Below, one piece after another: positions 23,510-35,728 of a stretch of 64,000 nt of DNA (positions are counted from its first letter, which is position 1; each line of letters starts with the position of its first letter). The stretch is from Mustelus asterias (lineage: Eukaryota), in contig NC_135810.1 of NCBI RefSeq assembly GCF_964213995.1, positions 9,734,001 to 9,798,000 on the forward strand, in the 5' to 3' direction. Made by a program: the position numbers and the translations under genes. The notes beneath the pieces are model-generated. The model was given only the letters and a program-made list of their open reading frames with translations. It searched no databases and had not been told where the DNA came from.

Positions 23510-24400
23510 GTTAGGGAGGATTACCAGCTATCGATCAGGAGAATCCTTGAGGAATTTTCCAACGACTTTTCTGAAGCATACATTAAACTTGTCGTGTCCA
23601 ACATAGCTTTTGCAAACCTGACAGTTTTTCATTAACCCACACCGGGAATAGTGATTGATGGGGAAAACAACCAGTCTAGAAAAGGCCCCATTGCCTCTAT
23701 CCCTGCTGAGAGATTTGCTGACATCATTGAGCATTGGAACTGGATAAAACAGGATGACAGCTGAAGTATTCATGGAAGAACTGGATGGTATAGCGACTGG
23801 TTCCTCCCATGTCTCCACTGGCTTTTCAGGCTGTGTTTCTGGCATACAAATTGAGGACAATGGTAGGACTCCACTGTCGCTGATAGAGCAGTGCAGATAA
23901 TTGACTTTGCCTCAGGTCTTTGTGAATCAGGTGAGCCACTTCAGTAGCATCCTGAGCCTCATCATGCAATGAGCCTGTGGCCTTCTCAGGTGAACAACTT
24001 TGCTGAAATGGATTCACTCACGGGAATAACTTATTTTGTGAATAGTGTCGCTCCGATTTCTCTTTAGGCTGCCTATTCGTTCAGCTCCTTCTGCAGCATC
24101 AACACTGGCTACTGTGCGGTTGAAAGACTCACTGCGTTATTTCCTGCTGAATATATTTTAATAGCTTCTCCTAATCTTGCCCCCTCTTCGCACAGCAACC
24201 CACTGAGCTGGGAACTCATATTTTTACTTTCCATTCATGTCCATTCCGCACAATTGAACATGGTTCTCTCAGGACAAGCTTTAACATGGTTTTTGCACAT
24301 TTTGACAGGCACTCTTCCATTTATTTGCACTTGTTTCAGGTGAATTAGAAGAGAGGGAACAATCTTCAAAAATAACAACATCATATTCTATTGTTGGAAA
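23510..24400 (-). mobile_element. Highly degenerate LTR-retroelement/ERV pol relic (RNase H end and integrase)
   Basis: Across frameshifts, in the expected order: GNNAV (RNase H C-terminal GN..AD-like), H-x-H...QWSPTI...VCQKH..KPV (HHCC zinc finger), P*ILQL..FIQ and FSRLVVFP (integrase core). Confidence 0.4.
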
Positions 24401-24507
24401 CTTGCTAGCCATTCACACTTGCTGTGGTGTGTGGCTTGGAGGGAAATTTACTGGTGGCTGTGTTCATTTGCATCTGCTTCCCTTAGTCCATCTACGTGGT
24501 AGGAGTT

Positions 24508-24824
24508 CATAGATTCATAGAATCCTTACAGTGCCAAAAGAGGCCACTCGGCCCATCGAGCCTGCATCAACAACCATCCCACCCAGGCCCCATCCCCATA
24601 ACCCCATGTATTTGCCCTGGTAATCTCCTTGACACTAAGGCGCAATTTAGAATGGCCAATCGACCTAACCTGCAAATCTTTGGACCGTGGGAGGAAACCG
24701 GAGCACCCGGAGGAAACCCACTCAGACACGGGGAGAACGTGCAAACTCCACACAGGCCAGAATTGAACCCAGGTCCTTGGAGCTGTGAGGCAGCTGTGCT
24801 AACCACTGTGCCACCGTGCCGCCC
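24508..24824 (-). mobile_element. HE1 SINE
   Basis: Reverse-complement HE1. Confidence 0.85.
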
Positions 24825-25729
24825 AATCATTGCAGATTGTTGGAGCCACACACATCCAAGCAAGTGGACTGGTTTTGAGGAGTTACTTCCCTCAGAATCC
24901 CCACGGTATTTAAATCTGGTCCAGTTGAGTTGCTGATCAATGGTTACCCACCACCATCACACCCCTCCCCCCCACCCCCCAGGATGTTGGCATTGGGAGA
25001 TTCAACGCTGGTGATAGTGTTGAACTTCAAGAGAGATGGTAATTGCCAGGCACTTGTGTGGAGTGAATATTATTTGACACTTCTCAGCCCAAGTTGGTTA
25101 CTCCATATAACACTCACTTTCAACTTAATATTTGTGAATCATTTAATTTAAATTCAACCACCAGCCATGGTGCGATTTGAACCCATGTTCCCAGGGAATT
25201 AACTTGGGCTTTTGGACTACTAGTCCAGTAACATTACCACAATGCATTGTCTTCCCATGAGTATAAATTGCCGACTGAAAGAATGTTCAGTCAACGTTGC
25301 TTTTAGATTATTTGTTTGAATAACAGTTTTAAATTGACCCTTCCAATCACTGTAAATTTGAATATCTTTCTAAAGGTTATTACTCTCTATGGGGATTGAA
25401 ACTGTTTCGTCTTTCAAAGAAAACTTACATATCTCCATTAATTATTATCCCTTTGTGTCAGTGTCATTATAAAAATTCCGTAAATTAACGGTATAAAATT
25501 ATCATCAATCCATTTGCAAAAAAAAATTGTCACACTTGCTTGAAATAAATATTCTTCATTGTTTGACTGAGGCAGATAATTTGTGTGTCCAATTGGTAAT
25601 ATCTCAGTCAGAAACAAATGCAACATTTAACCCTAACAGCCTGTCAAATACTGCATTGATTTCCTGTCACTGTGTATCACTGGGTATGTTTGGCCAATAC
25701 GACACTATATCCTATTTAAAAAGTACTTT

Positions 25730-26078
25730 CATAGAAATCATAGAAACCCTACAGTACAGAAAGAGGCCATTCGGCCCATTGAGTCTGCACCGACCACAAT
25801 CCCACCCAGGCCCTACCCCCATACCCCTAAATATTTTAGCCGCTAATCCCTCTAATCTACGCATCTCAGGACACTAAGGGGCAATTTTAGCATGGCCAAT
25901 CAACCTAACCCGCACATCTTTGGACTGTGGGAGGAAACCGGAGTACCCGGAGGAAACCCACGCAGACATGAGGAGAATGTGCAAACTCCACACAGACAGT
26001 GACCCAAGCCGGGAATCGAACCCAGGTCCCTGGAGCTGTGAAGCAGCAGTGCTAACCACTGTGCCACCATGCCGCCCC
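25730..26078 (-). mobile_element. HE1 SINE (young subfamily with (tttctatga)n tail)
   Basis: Full-length, CpG-rich reverse-complement HE1. Confidence 0.88.
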
Positions 26079-26159
26079 AGTTAAGAATGTCTCAGGGCAA
26101 ATTATAATTTCCTAAATTAGTTTTATCTCTGTTTTAACTCATTGGGCTGGACCTTAGAG

Positions 26160-26668
26160 AGATTGATTTGATTTGATTTGATTTGATTTATTATTGTCAC
26201 ATGTATTAACATACAGTGAAAAGTATTGTTTCTTGCGCGCTATACAGACAAAGCATACCGTTCGTAGAGAAGGAAAAGAGAGAGTCGAGAATGTAGTGCT
26301 GCAATTATAGCTAGGGTGTAGAGGAAGATCAACTTAATGCACGGTAAGTCCATTCAAAAGCCTGACAGCAGCAGGAAAGAAGCTGTTCTTGAGTCGGTTG
26401 GTACGTGATCGCAGACTTTTGTATCTTTTGCCCAAAGGAAGAAAGTGGAAGAGAGAATGTCCGGGGTGCGTGGGGTCCTTAATTCTGCTGGCTGCTTTGC
26501 TGAGGCAGCAGGAAGTGTAGACAGTCAATGGATGGGAGGCTGATTTGCGTGATGGATTGGGCTATATTCACGACCTTTTGTAGTTCGTTGCGGTCTTGGG
26601 CAGAGCAGGAGACATACCAAGCTGTGATACAACCAGAAATAATGCTTTCTATGGTGCATCTGTAAAGG
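26160..26668 (-). mobile_element. Rex1/Babar-type LINE 3' fragment
   Basis: ORF 26334-26528 SKAASRIKDPTHPGHSLFHFLPLGKRYKSLRSRTNRLKNSFFPAAVRLLN; (ATTTG)n tail. Confidence 0.85.
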
Positions 26669-26669
26669 T

Positions 26670-26890
26670 TGGTTAGCGCATTTGGCTGGATGGCTGGTTA
26701 GTGATGTGGACACAAGCCAATGGCATGGGTTCCAATCCCGTACTGGCTGAGGTTATCCATGAAGGCCCAACCTTCTCAACCTCGTCCCCTACCTGAGGTG
26801 TGGTGATCCTCAGGTTAAATCACCACCAGTCAGCTCTCCCCCTCACAGAGGAGAGCAGCCTATGGTCATCTGGAGCTATGGCGGCTTTAC
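26670..26890 (+). mobile_element. tRNA-derived SINE (another family)
   Basis: B-box-like gggttccaatcccg, internal hairpin cctgagg..cctcagg; family not assigned. Confidence 0.5.
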
Positions 26891-27919
26891 TGAAGAGGGG
26901 CATCTTGTAATATACCTTGTGAGATAGATGTTATCCGTCGCCCTCTTTTTGCATCGCAAATTGCTGGATGTATGTGCTGATACATTGAAGTATCTGGAAA
27001 CTCGGTGAATGAGGGCACCAATAGCTGCTCAGCCAGATACACAGGATAAAGGAAGGAAAGGAAACACAGAAAAAAATTTCAGACAATTCAGATACAGATT
27101 GAAAAATAAAGAGAAAAAATTCAATTAGATAAAGAAAGAGAGAGAGAAAAATAACAAAGAGGAAAAAAAACAAGTAAGACAAAATTGAAAATTAAAATAT
27201 TTTTTAAAAATCTCTTTATATCCAGCAGGATTGAGAATCTATCATATAAATTATTATTTTTCTGGGCTGCAAGGTTAATTATATTGTGCGATTTGAAAGC
27301 AAAGGAGACAATTTTACAATTGCAGTGCTGCTGGTACAGGAGTCAATGTAGGTCAGTAAGCACAGGGCTGGTGAATGAACAGGACTTGGTTCGAACTGTA
27401 GACAGCAGAGTTATAGGTCAGCTTTACAGAGGGCGAGTTTCTCTGGCCACCGCTCAGCCTTTTATCCTGCAATATCAATTAGCGCGCCAATGATTCGTCA
27501 GCATCATTGTAAAGTGACTCAAAGCATGATGCAAAGATTGGTGGAAAGCATACATCATGCTACGTTCGTGGATTCTTCAATTTTTGAGCTTAACTTTGAA
27601 AATTCATGATCTGTAACCTCATGGCCCAACATATTTCCCACTCTACCATGACAATCAATGTTGGCGATCAATCCCGGTTCAATGAGGAAGTCATTCCAGG
27701 TGCAGCACCAGGCAGACCATTGTCAACCTGGTGAAGCCACAACACAGGAGTACTTGCATTTAAAACAGCAATAGCAGAATGCAACTGGCTAAGTGATCCC
27801 ACAACCAAAGGATCAGATCGAAGCTCTGCAGTTTTCCCACATCCAGTTGTGAATGGCAATTGCATTTTTTTTTAAAAGAAGGATTTCAGTCCCCACAAAA
27901 ATGCTTGCATTTGTATAAT

Positions 27920-28250
27920 GCTTCTCATTACCAGCAGGCATCTCAAGGTGCTTTACAGTCGATTGGGTACTTTTGAATCATCATCACCATTGTAACGAGG
28001 GAACTGCAGCAACCCCAATTTGTGCATGGCAAGCTCCCACAACAGCGATAAGGACGAACTCATCTGTTTTCTGTAATGCTAATTGAGGAATATTGACCAG
28101 GGCACTACTTGCCTGCTCTTCTTCCAAATAATGCCTTGGGATCATCCACATTCTCCAGAGCAGACAGATGGACATCTCAGTCAGCAAAACAGCTCATCTG
28201 ACAGTGCAAACCTCCCACAGCACTGCACCAAATTGTCAGCCTTGATTGTT
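27920..28250 (-). mobile_element. Old DeuSINE-like (SacSINE1/AmnSINE1 Deu-domain) element
   Basis: Reverse complement resembles ggctgac..cagtgc.gtgggag..tgcactgtc.ga.g..ttt..tga..gagatgt..atctg..tggatgatcc...aagaagagcagg. Confidence 0.5.
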
Positions 28251-28263
28251 ATGGGCGAGCCCT

Positions 28264-28584
28264 GAATCATAGAATCCCTACAATGCAGAAGAAGACCATT
28301 CAGCCCATCAAGCCTGCACCAACCACAATCCCACCCAGACCCTGTTCCTGTAACCGCACACATTTGCCTTGCTAATCCCCTAACACTAGGGTAAATTTAG
28401 CATGGCCAATCAACCTAACCCACACATCTTTGGACTTTGGGAGGAAACTGGAGCATCCGGAGGAAACCCACATAGACATGGGGAGAACGTGCAAGCTCCA
28501 CATAGACAGTGACCTGAGGCCGGAATTGAACCTGGGTCCCTGGCGCTGTGAGGCAGCAGTGCTAACCACTATGCCACCGTGCCG
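28264..28584 (-). mobile_element. HE1 SINE
   Basis: Reverse-complement HE1. Confidence 0.85.
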
Positions 28585-29127
28585 CTGGGTGGGTCTTGAA
28601 CCCCAAGCTGATGATTCAGATGCTTGTGGGCTACCTACTGAGCCACAGCTGGCACTTAACTGTTTCCTGGAGCAGTATTTGCATTCTTCACTCCAGGAGA
28701 TCCCGAGACCTTCTGAAGTTAGATCAGACAATTGAGTAACCCCCACAGAAATTTATGCCTTTATAAATTTTTATTGTGAATAAAGTCTCACTAGATGTGA
28801 ACTCTAATTTGTGTACTCTTGCCAAAGGACACATTTTTGGAAGTCATTTGAAAATGATGACCTACCTTTTTGCAGGTAACATGAGTTAGATTCTCTAAAG
28901 TGAACTTCATCACAAGGGCTATGTTTATTTGGATGCTTAACTTAAATAGACACTCTGCCAAATGTCCTTGAAGCATCACAAACATAATCTAATTTTCTTG
29001 TCCTTAACCTCTCTCCCTCCTGTTAAGTGCATTTATTACATGGTTGTGCTGGCAAATCACAGCCCCTAGAGGATTTCACTCATGAAAATCAAACGAAAAT
29101 GGGAGCTTGTAGCAGTCTAAAACAATG

Positions 29128-29450
29128 TCACAGTGGCGCAGTGGTTAGCACTGCTGCCTCACAGCGCCAGGCACCGTGTTCAATTCTGTGTGTGGCTGTG
29201 TGGAGTTCACACGTTCTCCCCATGACTGCGTGGGTTTCCTCCAGATTCTAGAGTTTCCTCCCACAGTACGAAAGATGTGCGGGTTAGTTTAATTAGCCAT
29301 GCTATATTGCCCCGTGGTTGCAGGGGGATTAGCATAGTAAATGCGTGGGGTTACGGGGATATGGCTTGGGTCGGATTGTTGTTAGTGTAGACTCGATGGG
29401 TTGAATGGCCTCCTTCTGCACTGTCAGGATTCTATGATTCTATTCTATGA
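29128..29450 (+). mobile_element. HE1 SINE
   Basis: Head, V-domain and CR1 tail. Confidence 0.85.
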
Positions 29451-29530
29451 TATGGGTTTGGTAGCAAAACCATGAGATCTGTTTAATGCATATCCGGTTA
29501 AAGTCCAACAGGTTTATTTGGTAGCAAAAG

Positions 29531-29573
29531 CCACACAAGCTTTCGGAGCTGCAAGCCCCTTCTTCAGGTGAGT
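29531..29573 (-). ncRNA. Mirror-image hammerhead ribozyme core on the opposite strand
   Basis: Reverse complement reads acucac-CUGAAGA-a-ggggc(uugca)gcucc-GAAA-gcuugugugg; the single palindrome mismatch becomes a G-U pair in stem II. Confidence 0.6.
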
Positions 29574-29583
29574 GGGAATTCCC

Positions 29584-29626
29584 ACTCACCTGAAGAAGGA
29601 GCTTGCAGCTCCGAAAGCTTGTGTGG
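29584..29626 (+). ncRNA. Minimal type I hammerhead ribozyme core (PLE-type)
   Basis: cac-CUGAAGA-a-ggagc(uugca)gcucc-GAAA-gc-uu-gug: conserved CUGAnGA and GAAA boxes, 5-bp stem II, palindromic AAGCUU mini stem III, cac/gug stem I. Confidence 0.65.
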
Positions 29627-29916
29627 CTTTTGCTACCAAATAAACCTGTTGGACTTTAACCTGGTGTTGTTAAACTTCTTACTGTGTTTACCCCAGTCCA
29701 ACGCCGGCATCTCCACATAATGCATATCAGCAGATTAATTAAATTCCCAATTCATACTCATGGTTTAAATGCTTGAGCAGCTATGCAATGGAAACAATGT
29801 AAGCTCATTCACTAAAGAATGGATCTTGACTTTCATGTCGCTGTATATTTTATTTTTCAAATAAACAAGACAGATATCTGAATTAATTCAGAATCCCAAA
29901 ATATAGTTTTTAAAAA

Positions 29917-30216
29917 TGTATTTATTAATCACAAGTAGGCTTACATTAACACTGCAATGAAGTTACTGTGAAAATCCCCTTGTTGCCACACTCTGGCGGC
30001 TGTTCAGGTACACTGAGGGAGAATTTAGCACGGCCAATGCACCTAACCAGCACCTCTTTTGGACTGTGGGAGGAAACTGGAGCTCCCGGAGGAAACCCAC
30101 GCAGACACAGGGAGAACATGCAGATTCCGCACAGATAGTGACCCAAGCAGGAATTGAACCTAGATCCCTAACGCTGTGAGGCAGCAGTGCTAACCACTGT
30201 GCCACTGTGCTGCCCA
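29917..30216 (-). mobile_element. HE1-like SINE variant (Rex1-like tail)
   Basis: Same structure as 14705-15009. Confidence 0.8.
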
Positions 30217-30419
30217 TATAGCAATTAGATGTATACTTTCCGTGATAATATACACACTTTAAATTGAAAATATTTTCGATCAAGTGGGGTGGGTACCTGC
30301 CACATTTTATGCTTCCCCTCCTGCCTCCCCCCCACGGAGGGAAACACCCCGGCTGGGGTTAGGGTAAAACTCAGCCCTTTGTGCATTTTTTTCTATCAAT
30401 CTGCTTGACTGACTCAAGA

Positions 30420-30865
30420 GCGGTGAGGTGGCACAGTCATTAGCACTGCTGCCTCTCAGCGCCAGGGACCCGGTTCAATTCCGGCCTCAGGTCACTATCT
30501 GTGCGGAGTCTGCATGTTCTCCCTGTGTCTGCATAGGTTTCCTCCGGGTGCTCCAGTTTCCTCCCACAGTCCAAAGGTGTGCAGGTAAGGTGGATTGGCC
30601 ATGATAAATTGCCCCTCAGTGTTCTGTAGGTTTGATGGATTAACCATGGCAAATTTCCCTTAAATGTTCAAAGGTGTGCAGGTTAGATGGATTAGCCATG
30701 GTAAATTGCCCCTTAGGGTTCAAAGATGTGTAGGTTAGATGGATTAGTCATGATAAGTGCATGGGGAGTTACAGCAATAGGGCGTGGGAGAGGATGAGAC
30801 ACTCTGTTAGAGAGTCGGTGCTGACTTGAAGGGCTGAATGGCCTCCTTCTGCTATAGGAATACTC
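30420..30865 (+). mobile_element. HE1 SINE with internal tandem expansion
   Basis: About four degenerate copies of ggttagatggattagccatg(gtaaattgcccctt) between about 30580 and 30755. Confidence 0.75.
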
Positions 30866-31261
30866 TGAAGTTTGGTAGCTGCCATTGTTGTGTTCTTGCT
30901 GCATAATATAGTATTTATGCTCCTCGGAAGTTTCCGATTTCATTTAACACTACTAGAGAATCCTTCTTCTCCTTTATCCCTCATGTGGTTACCTTGATTC
31001 CCCTTCAATCCATCTTCACCTCAATTACTCTGGGTGGTAGCGAATCCCCCTTTCTTACCCTTCTTTGAGTTACCACCTTATATTTATTGGAACAAATATC
31101 ATAGAATCATAGAATTCCTACAATGCAGAAGGAGGCCATCCCACCAGGCCCATCCCCTGCCCTATCCCCGCAAACCAGCACATCCACCATAGCTAATCAA
31201 TCTAACCAACACATTTGGGACAATTTAGTGGCTGGGAATGCTGCCATAGCAGCGCCAGAAA

Positions 31262-31588
31262 TCATAGAATCATAGAAGCCCTACAGTGCAGAAGAGGCCA
31301 TTGGGCCCATTGACTCTGCACTGACAACAATCCCACCTAGGTCCGATCCCCGTAACCCCACATATTTACCCTGCTAGTCCCCCTGACACTAAGGGGCAAT
31401 TTAGTATGGCCAATGCACCGAACCTGTATATCTTTGGATTGTGGGCGGAAACTGGAGCGCTCAGAGGAAACCAACGCAGACACGAGGAGAACTTGCAAGC
31501 TCCACACGGACAGTGACCCAAGCCGAGAATCGAACCCAGGTGCCTGGAGCTGTGAGGCAGCAGTGCTAACCGCTGTGCCACTGTGCCG
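31262..31588 (-). mobile_element. HE1 SINE
   Basis: Reverse-complement HE1; a further 3' fragment lies at about 31099-31225. Confidence 0.85.
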
Positions 31589-31649
31589 CGCTAGCCATTG
31601 CGGGGGAATTCCAGCGTTTAAGGCCTAGCAGCTAAAGACATGGTGATCA

Positions 31650-32030
31650 CAGAAACATAGAAAATAGGAACAGGAGTTAGCCATTCAGCCATTGAAGCCT
31701 GCTCCTCCATTCAAATATAATTGTGGCTGATTTTCTATCTCAACACCATATCCCTGCACTCTCCCCATATCTCTTGACATCTTTCGAGTCTAGAAATCCA
31801 TTTATTTCCTTTTAAAATATATTTGATTTTGATTTGATTTGCATATATTCAGTGATTTGGCCTCCACAGCCTCCTGTGGTTAAGAATTCCATAGGTTCAC
31901 CACCCTCTGGGTGAAGGAGTTTTTCCTCATCTCAGTCCTAGGTGGCTCACCCCGTATCCTGAAACTGTGACCCCTTGTTCTAGACATCGCCAGCCAGAGG
32001 AAACAATATCCCTGCATCCAGTCTGTCCAG
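31650..32030 (-). mobile_element. CR1 LINE 3' fragment
   Basis: (catagaaa)n tail and reverse-strand TRGHSF...FFTQRVVNLWNS-like sequence. Confidence 0.75.
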
Positions 32031-32780
32031 CTCAGTCAATGATGAATTGATTAAAATTTGGCTTGTGCAAAACACCAGAATCGAAAAAGTTCAGAAATCT
32101 TGGACATTCGTCAGCCTGGAGGAGATTACAGTTAAATAGGTCAACAAATATATGGTTGTACTCCTTCTGTATGGAAGTTATAATCATGTGATCCAAACCA
32201 TTCATTGGTGGTAAAGCCATTAGTAGGCATTAGCAACAATTTCTGCGTACAGATTACAAAAGCAAGCACCACAAAATGCATAACACATCCAGAAACAGTA
32301 GTCCTCTGCCAGAATCTGGTGTAATTCTCTGGAACATCTGATACAACAGATGTCGACTCTTCGGAGAGCTTTCAGTCAATGTTGCAACCGAAGTGTTCAT
32401 TACAGAGCAGCAGTTAATTACTCTGGTAACCAATTAAGTTACGTCGGGGCAATGAGTGGAATATATCTATTTGCATCTCTTATAATACTTGGATGTACAA
32501 CCCTGGTCCTATAAGCTGCCTTGACTGCATGCAGCAGTACACAGTAAAGACTGGTATAAAAAATCAGAGAAGCTTTAACATGTTTATCAGAATGCCTATC
32601 AGAGAGGCCTAGGAGAATCTATGGAAAGCACCACATCTGTCAGAGGTATTGAAGTGCATCAAGGGGACTCAAAGCAAAACTCCAATTACTCCAAGTTATT
32701 TAAAACCAAGATTTTGTTACTATTTCTGACTCCTTACAACCTTCTTTTCAGCTGCAAGGACAAAGAGCAGAAGGACAGGG

Positions 32781-33047
32781 TCAGGGACCCGGGTTGGGTT
32801 CCTGGCATGGGTCACTGTCAATGTTCTCCCCGTGTCTGCATGGGTTTCCTCCGGGTGCTCTGGTTTCCTCCTACAGTCCAAAGATGTGCGGGTTAGGTTG
32901 ATTAGCCATGCTAAATTGCCCCTTAGTGTCAGGGGGTTAGTAGGGTAAATAAGTAGGGGTATGGGGATAGGGCCTGGGTGGGATTGTGGTTGGTGCAGAC
33001 TTGATGGGCTGAATGGCCTCCTTCTGCACTGTAGGGATTCTATGATT
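32781..33047 (+). mobile_element. HE1 SINE (5' truncated)
   Basis: V-domain and CR1 tail. Confidence 0.8.
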
Positions 33048-33059
33048 CCCTGAATATAC

Positions 33060-33430
33060 CATCACCTCCTAGTCAACATCACCCCAACTTGGAATCTTAT
33101 CGCTATTTCTTCATAGCCACTGGGTCCAATTTCTGGAACTCCATTTCTAACAGCACTGCGGTTGACTCCTTCAAAGTCGCTGGGCCAAATTTCTGGAACC
33201 CCATTGGTAACAGCACTGTGGATATACCTACACCATACAGAGTGCAGCGGTTCAAGAAGACGGCTCACCGCCACCTTCTCAAGCCCAATGAGGGAAGGGA
33301 TGCTGACTTTGTCAGTGATGCTTGCATCCTACAAACAACTATTTTCCAAAAGAATGATAAATGCACCATTACTTGCTGCAGGGCAATGAGGGATGGACAA
33401 TAAATGCCAGTCTTGCCAATGATGCCCATA
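33060..33430 (+). mobile_element. L2-type LINE 3' fragment with small internal duplication
   Basis: ..ctggaactcc..taacagcactg (twice)..cagcggttcaagaag.cggctcacc.ccaccttctcaag..gggcaa.agggatgg.caataaatgc. Confidence 0.6.
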
Positions 33431-34100
33431 CCTCAAAAATACATTAAAACTTATACATTAACCGCTATAAATAACTTACTTTGGGAACAATATGGGAAGC
33501 ATATTATAAAATGCTGGATATATGACAGGGAATGTATATGAGTTTGTGCTTTCTCTGCCAATATCACCACTAACATAATTAAGTGTGGTTATAGTAGCAA
33601 ATCTGCAGAATATTTCTGGGCGCTAAGCACTGAATGAGCCGCAAAATTAATATGTATGGCTTAATTGAAATTAATTTCTTCCATGGCGCCACATAAAACA
33701 CGATAGCCACAGTGCTGGAAAAGGCATTCTGCCCTAGTGAAGAAATTTAAAAGATTAATTCCTCCCATACAAAAGCAGTGAAACAGCCTTGCAAGTCGCT
33801 GCATCATGAATATGTAGTTGCTTTTCAAGTGTTTGTTTGTTTGTGAATTGGAGCACAGTATTACTATGTCATACAGGCATGAACCCAGTGTACTGAAACA
33901 TTTTTTCCAATTACATTGGTTACGTCTCCAGTAATAGGTTAATATTCTGTCTGTTCCCTCCACATCAGTGCAACTAAATACAATACTGCACAAATCATGC
34001 GGTGCATTCTAATCTACCTTCTACCTTTGCCAGTGACAAGAGGTGGGGGGAGGCGGAGAGGGCATTCTTGGCTGCTGTATTACACTGATGCAGTGACCAC

Positions 34101-34262
34101 AGCATGGTGGCACAGTGGTTAGCACTGCTGCCTGACAGTGCCAAAGAACTGGGTTCGATTCCCGGCTTGGGTCACCGCCTGTGTGGAATCTGCACGTTCT
34201 CCCCGTGTCTGCATGGGTTTCCTCCGGGTGCTCTGGTTTCCTCCCACAGTCCAAAGATATGC
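34101..34262 (+). mobile_element. HE1 SINE 5' half
   Basis: Head and V-domain. Confidence 0.8.
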
Positions 34263-34918
34263 TAAAGAAATCAAACAGACCATCTTATGTGGGATCTGCT
34301 ATTTTGCACATTTAAATTGGGATGGAGTGCAATATCTGAATGCAAATCCTGAACATTTTCACTTCAATATTAACCTTCCTCTGCCCTTCAAATGCTGTAA
34401 ATTTCTGGTATTTTGGGTGTTGTTATTTCACAATTCCAGTATTAATTTCCCCTTTCATTGCTGATTGATAGCGAGTTATTGAAACGATGTACATTTCTTT
34501 TTAATATTCACCTCAGGAGGTTTGAAAGTATCAATGACTTTTGACAGTGCTTTGATGTCCGTAAGCAGAAATTCCACTGCTGGGGTCACCAGGGGGAATC
34601 TTATTACCGTACCAGCAAAGGTGTGCAGGAAGATAACAGCAAGGTATGCTGCATAAAATCACAATTGAACAAAGTCTCTGAATGCATATATTGGCTGCAG
34701 CTTCCATGATATAAGTAGGCACTTGATGATATGGTGGTTGTGGAATAAAACTTGACTGCCAGGAATCAGGAATGCAAGCAAATGATAGCTTATATCATCC
34801 AGGCCCAGATGTCCATAAATGTATGCAGACATGGACCTGATCTGTGTTGCAGCACAGGGGATAGCACTTATGCTCTGTTGCTGTAAGTTTTGGGTCCAAG
34901 TCCCACACTAGAGACTTG

Positions 34919-35247
34919 GGGCGGCACAGTGGCACAGTGGTTAGCACTGCTGCCTCACAGCGCCAGGGGCGCGGGTTCAATTCCAGCCTCGGGTCCCCGT
35001 CTGTGTGGAGTTTGCACTTTCTCCCTGTGTCTGCGTGGGTTTCATCCGGGTGCTCCGGTTTCCTCCCACTGTCCAAAGATGTGCGGGTTAGGTTGATTGG
35101 CCATGCTAAATTGACCCTAGTGTCAGGGGGATTAGCAGGGTCAATGTATGGGGTTACGGGAATAGGGCCTGGGTGGGATTGTGGTTGGTGCAGACTCGAC
35201 GGGCCGAATGGCCTCCTGTAGGGGTTCTATGGTTCCATGGTTCTATG
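34919..35247 (+). mobile_element. HE1 SINE
   Basis: Full-length. Confidence 0.88.
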
Positions 35248-35249
35248 TT

Positions 35250-35720
35250 GAGGCTGACACTCCAGTGCAGTATTGTGGGAGTGTTGCATTGTTGGAGGTG
35301 CCCTTTCCAATGAGATGTTAAACCAAGGCCCACCCTGCCCCCTCGGAGGGATATCAGACGGCCCATGGAGTCATTCTGAAGAAGATCAAAGGAGTTATAC
35401 CCCATGTCGAGCCAGTATTTATCCCTCAAGCAATGTTGCCAAAAGGATATTGACAAAAATTCTCCCATTTCGCCCGCTACGATTCCTGTGGACAGAAAAT
35501 TCAGCAGACCATTTAAAGGTCTGTTGAGCTTGGGCAGGAATTTCCAGTCTTGGCGTACATGTGACTGGAGAATCCTACCCATTATCGAGTCCTTACCTCA
35601 ATGCTGTCTGCTGCATCCTGTTGTGCGCAAATTAGCTGCCATGTCTTTAACATAGGAAGCTAAACCTTAAAAACATTTAGTTGGCTGTAAAGTACATTGG
35701 GATGAATTTAACTCATGAAA
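35250..35720 (+). mobile_element. DeuSINE-like element, interrupted by a short TIR MITE (about 35452-35580)
   Basis: aggctgacactccagtgcagtattgtgggagtgttgcattgttggaggtgcc..gagatgttaaaccaaggccc..gaagaag..tatttatccctcaa matches the Deu-domain pattern from memory. Confidence 0.65.
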
Positions 35721-35728
35721 TACGCTCC

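Larger units (their letters stand above)
29495..29717. mobile_element. Penelope-like palindromic insertion with 11-bp TSD
   Basis: 166-bp palindrome 29496-29661 (centre GGGAATTCCC, 1 mismatch) plus a 56-nt unpaired tail; TSD TAATGCATATC at 29484-29494 and 29718-29728. Confidence 0.8.

Noticed and set aside
25420-25650. Minus-strand exon ending at a consensus GTAAGT donor
   Set aside because: All three frames contain stops shortly upstream of the donor.
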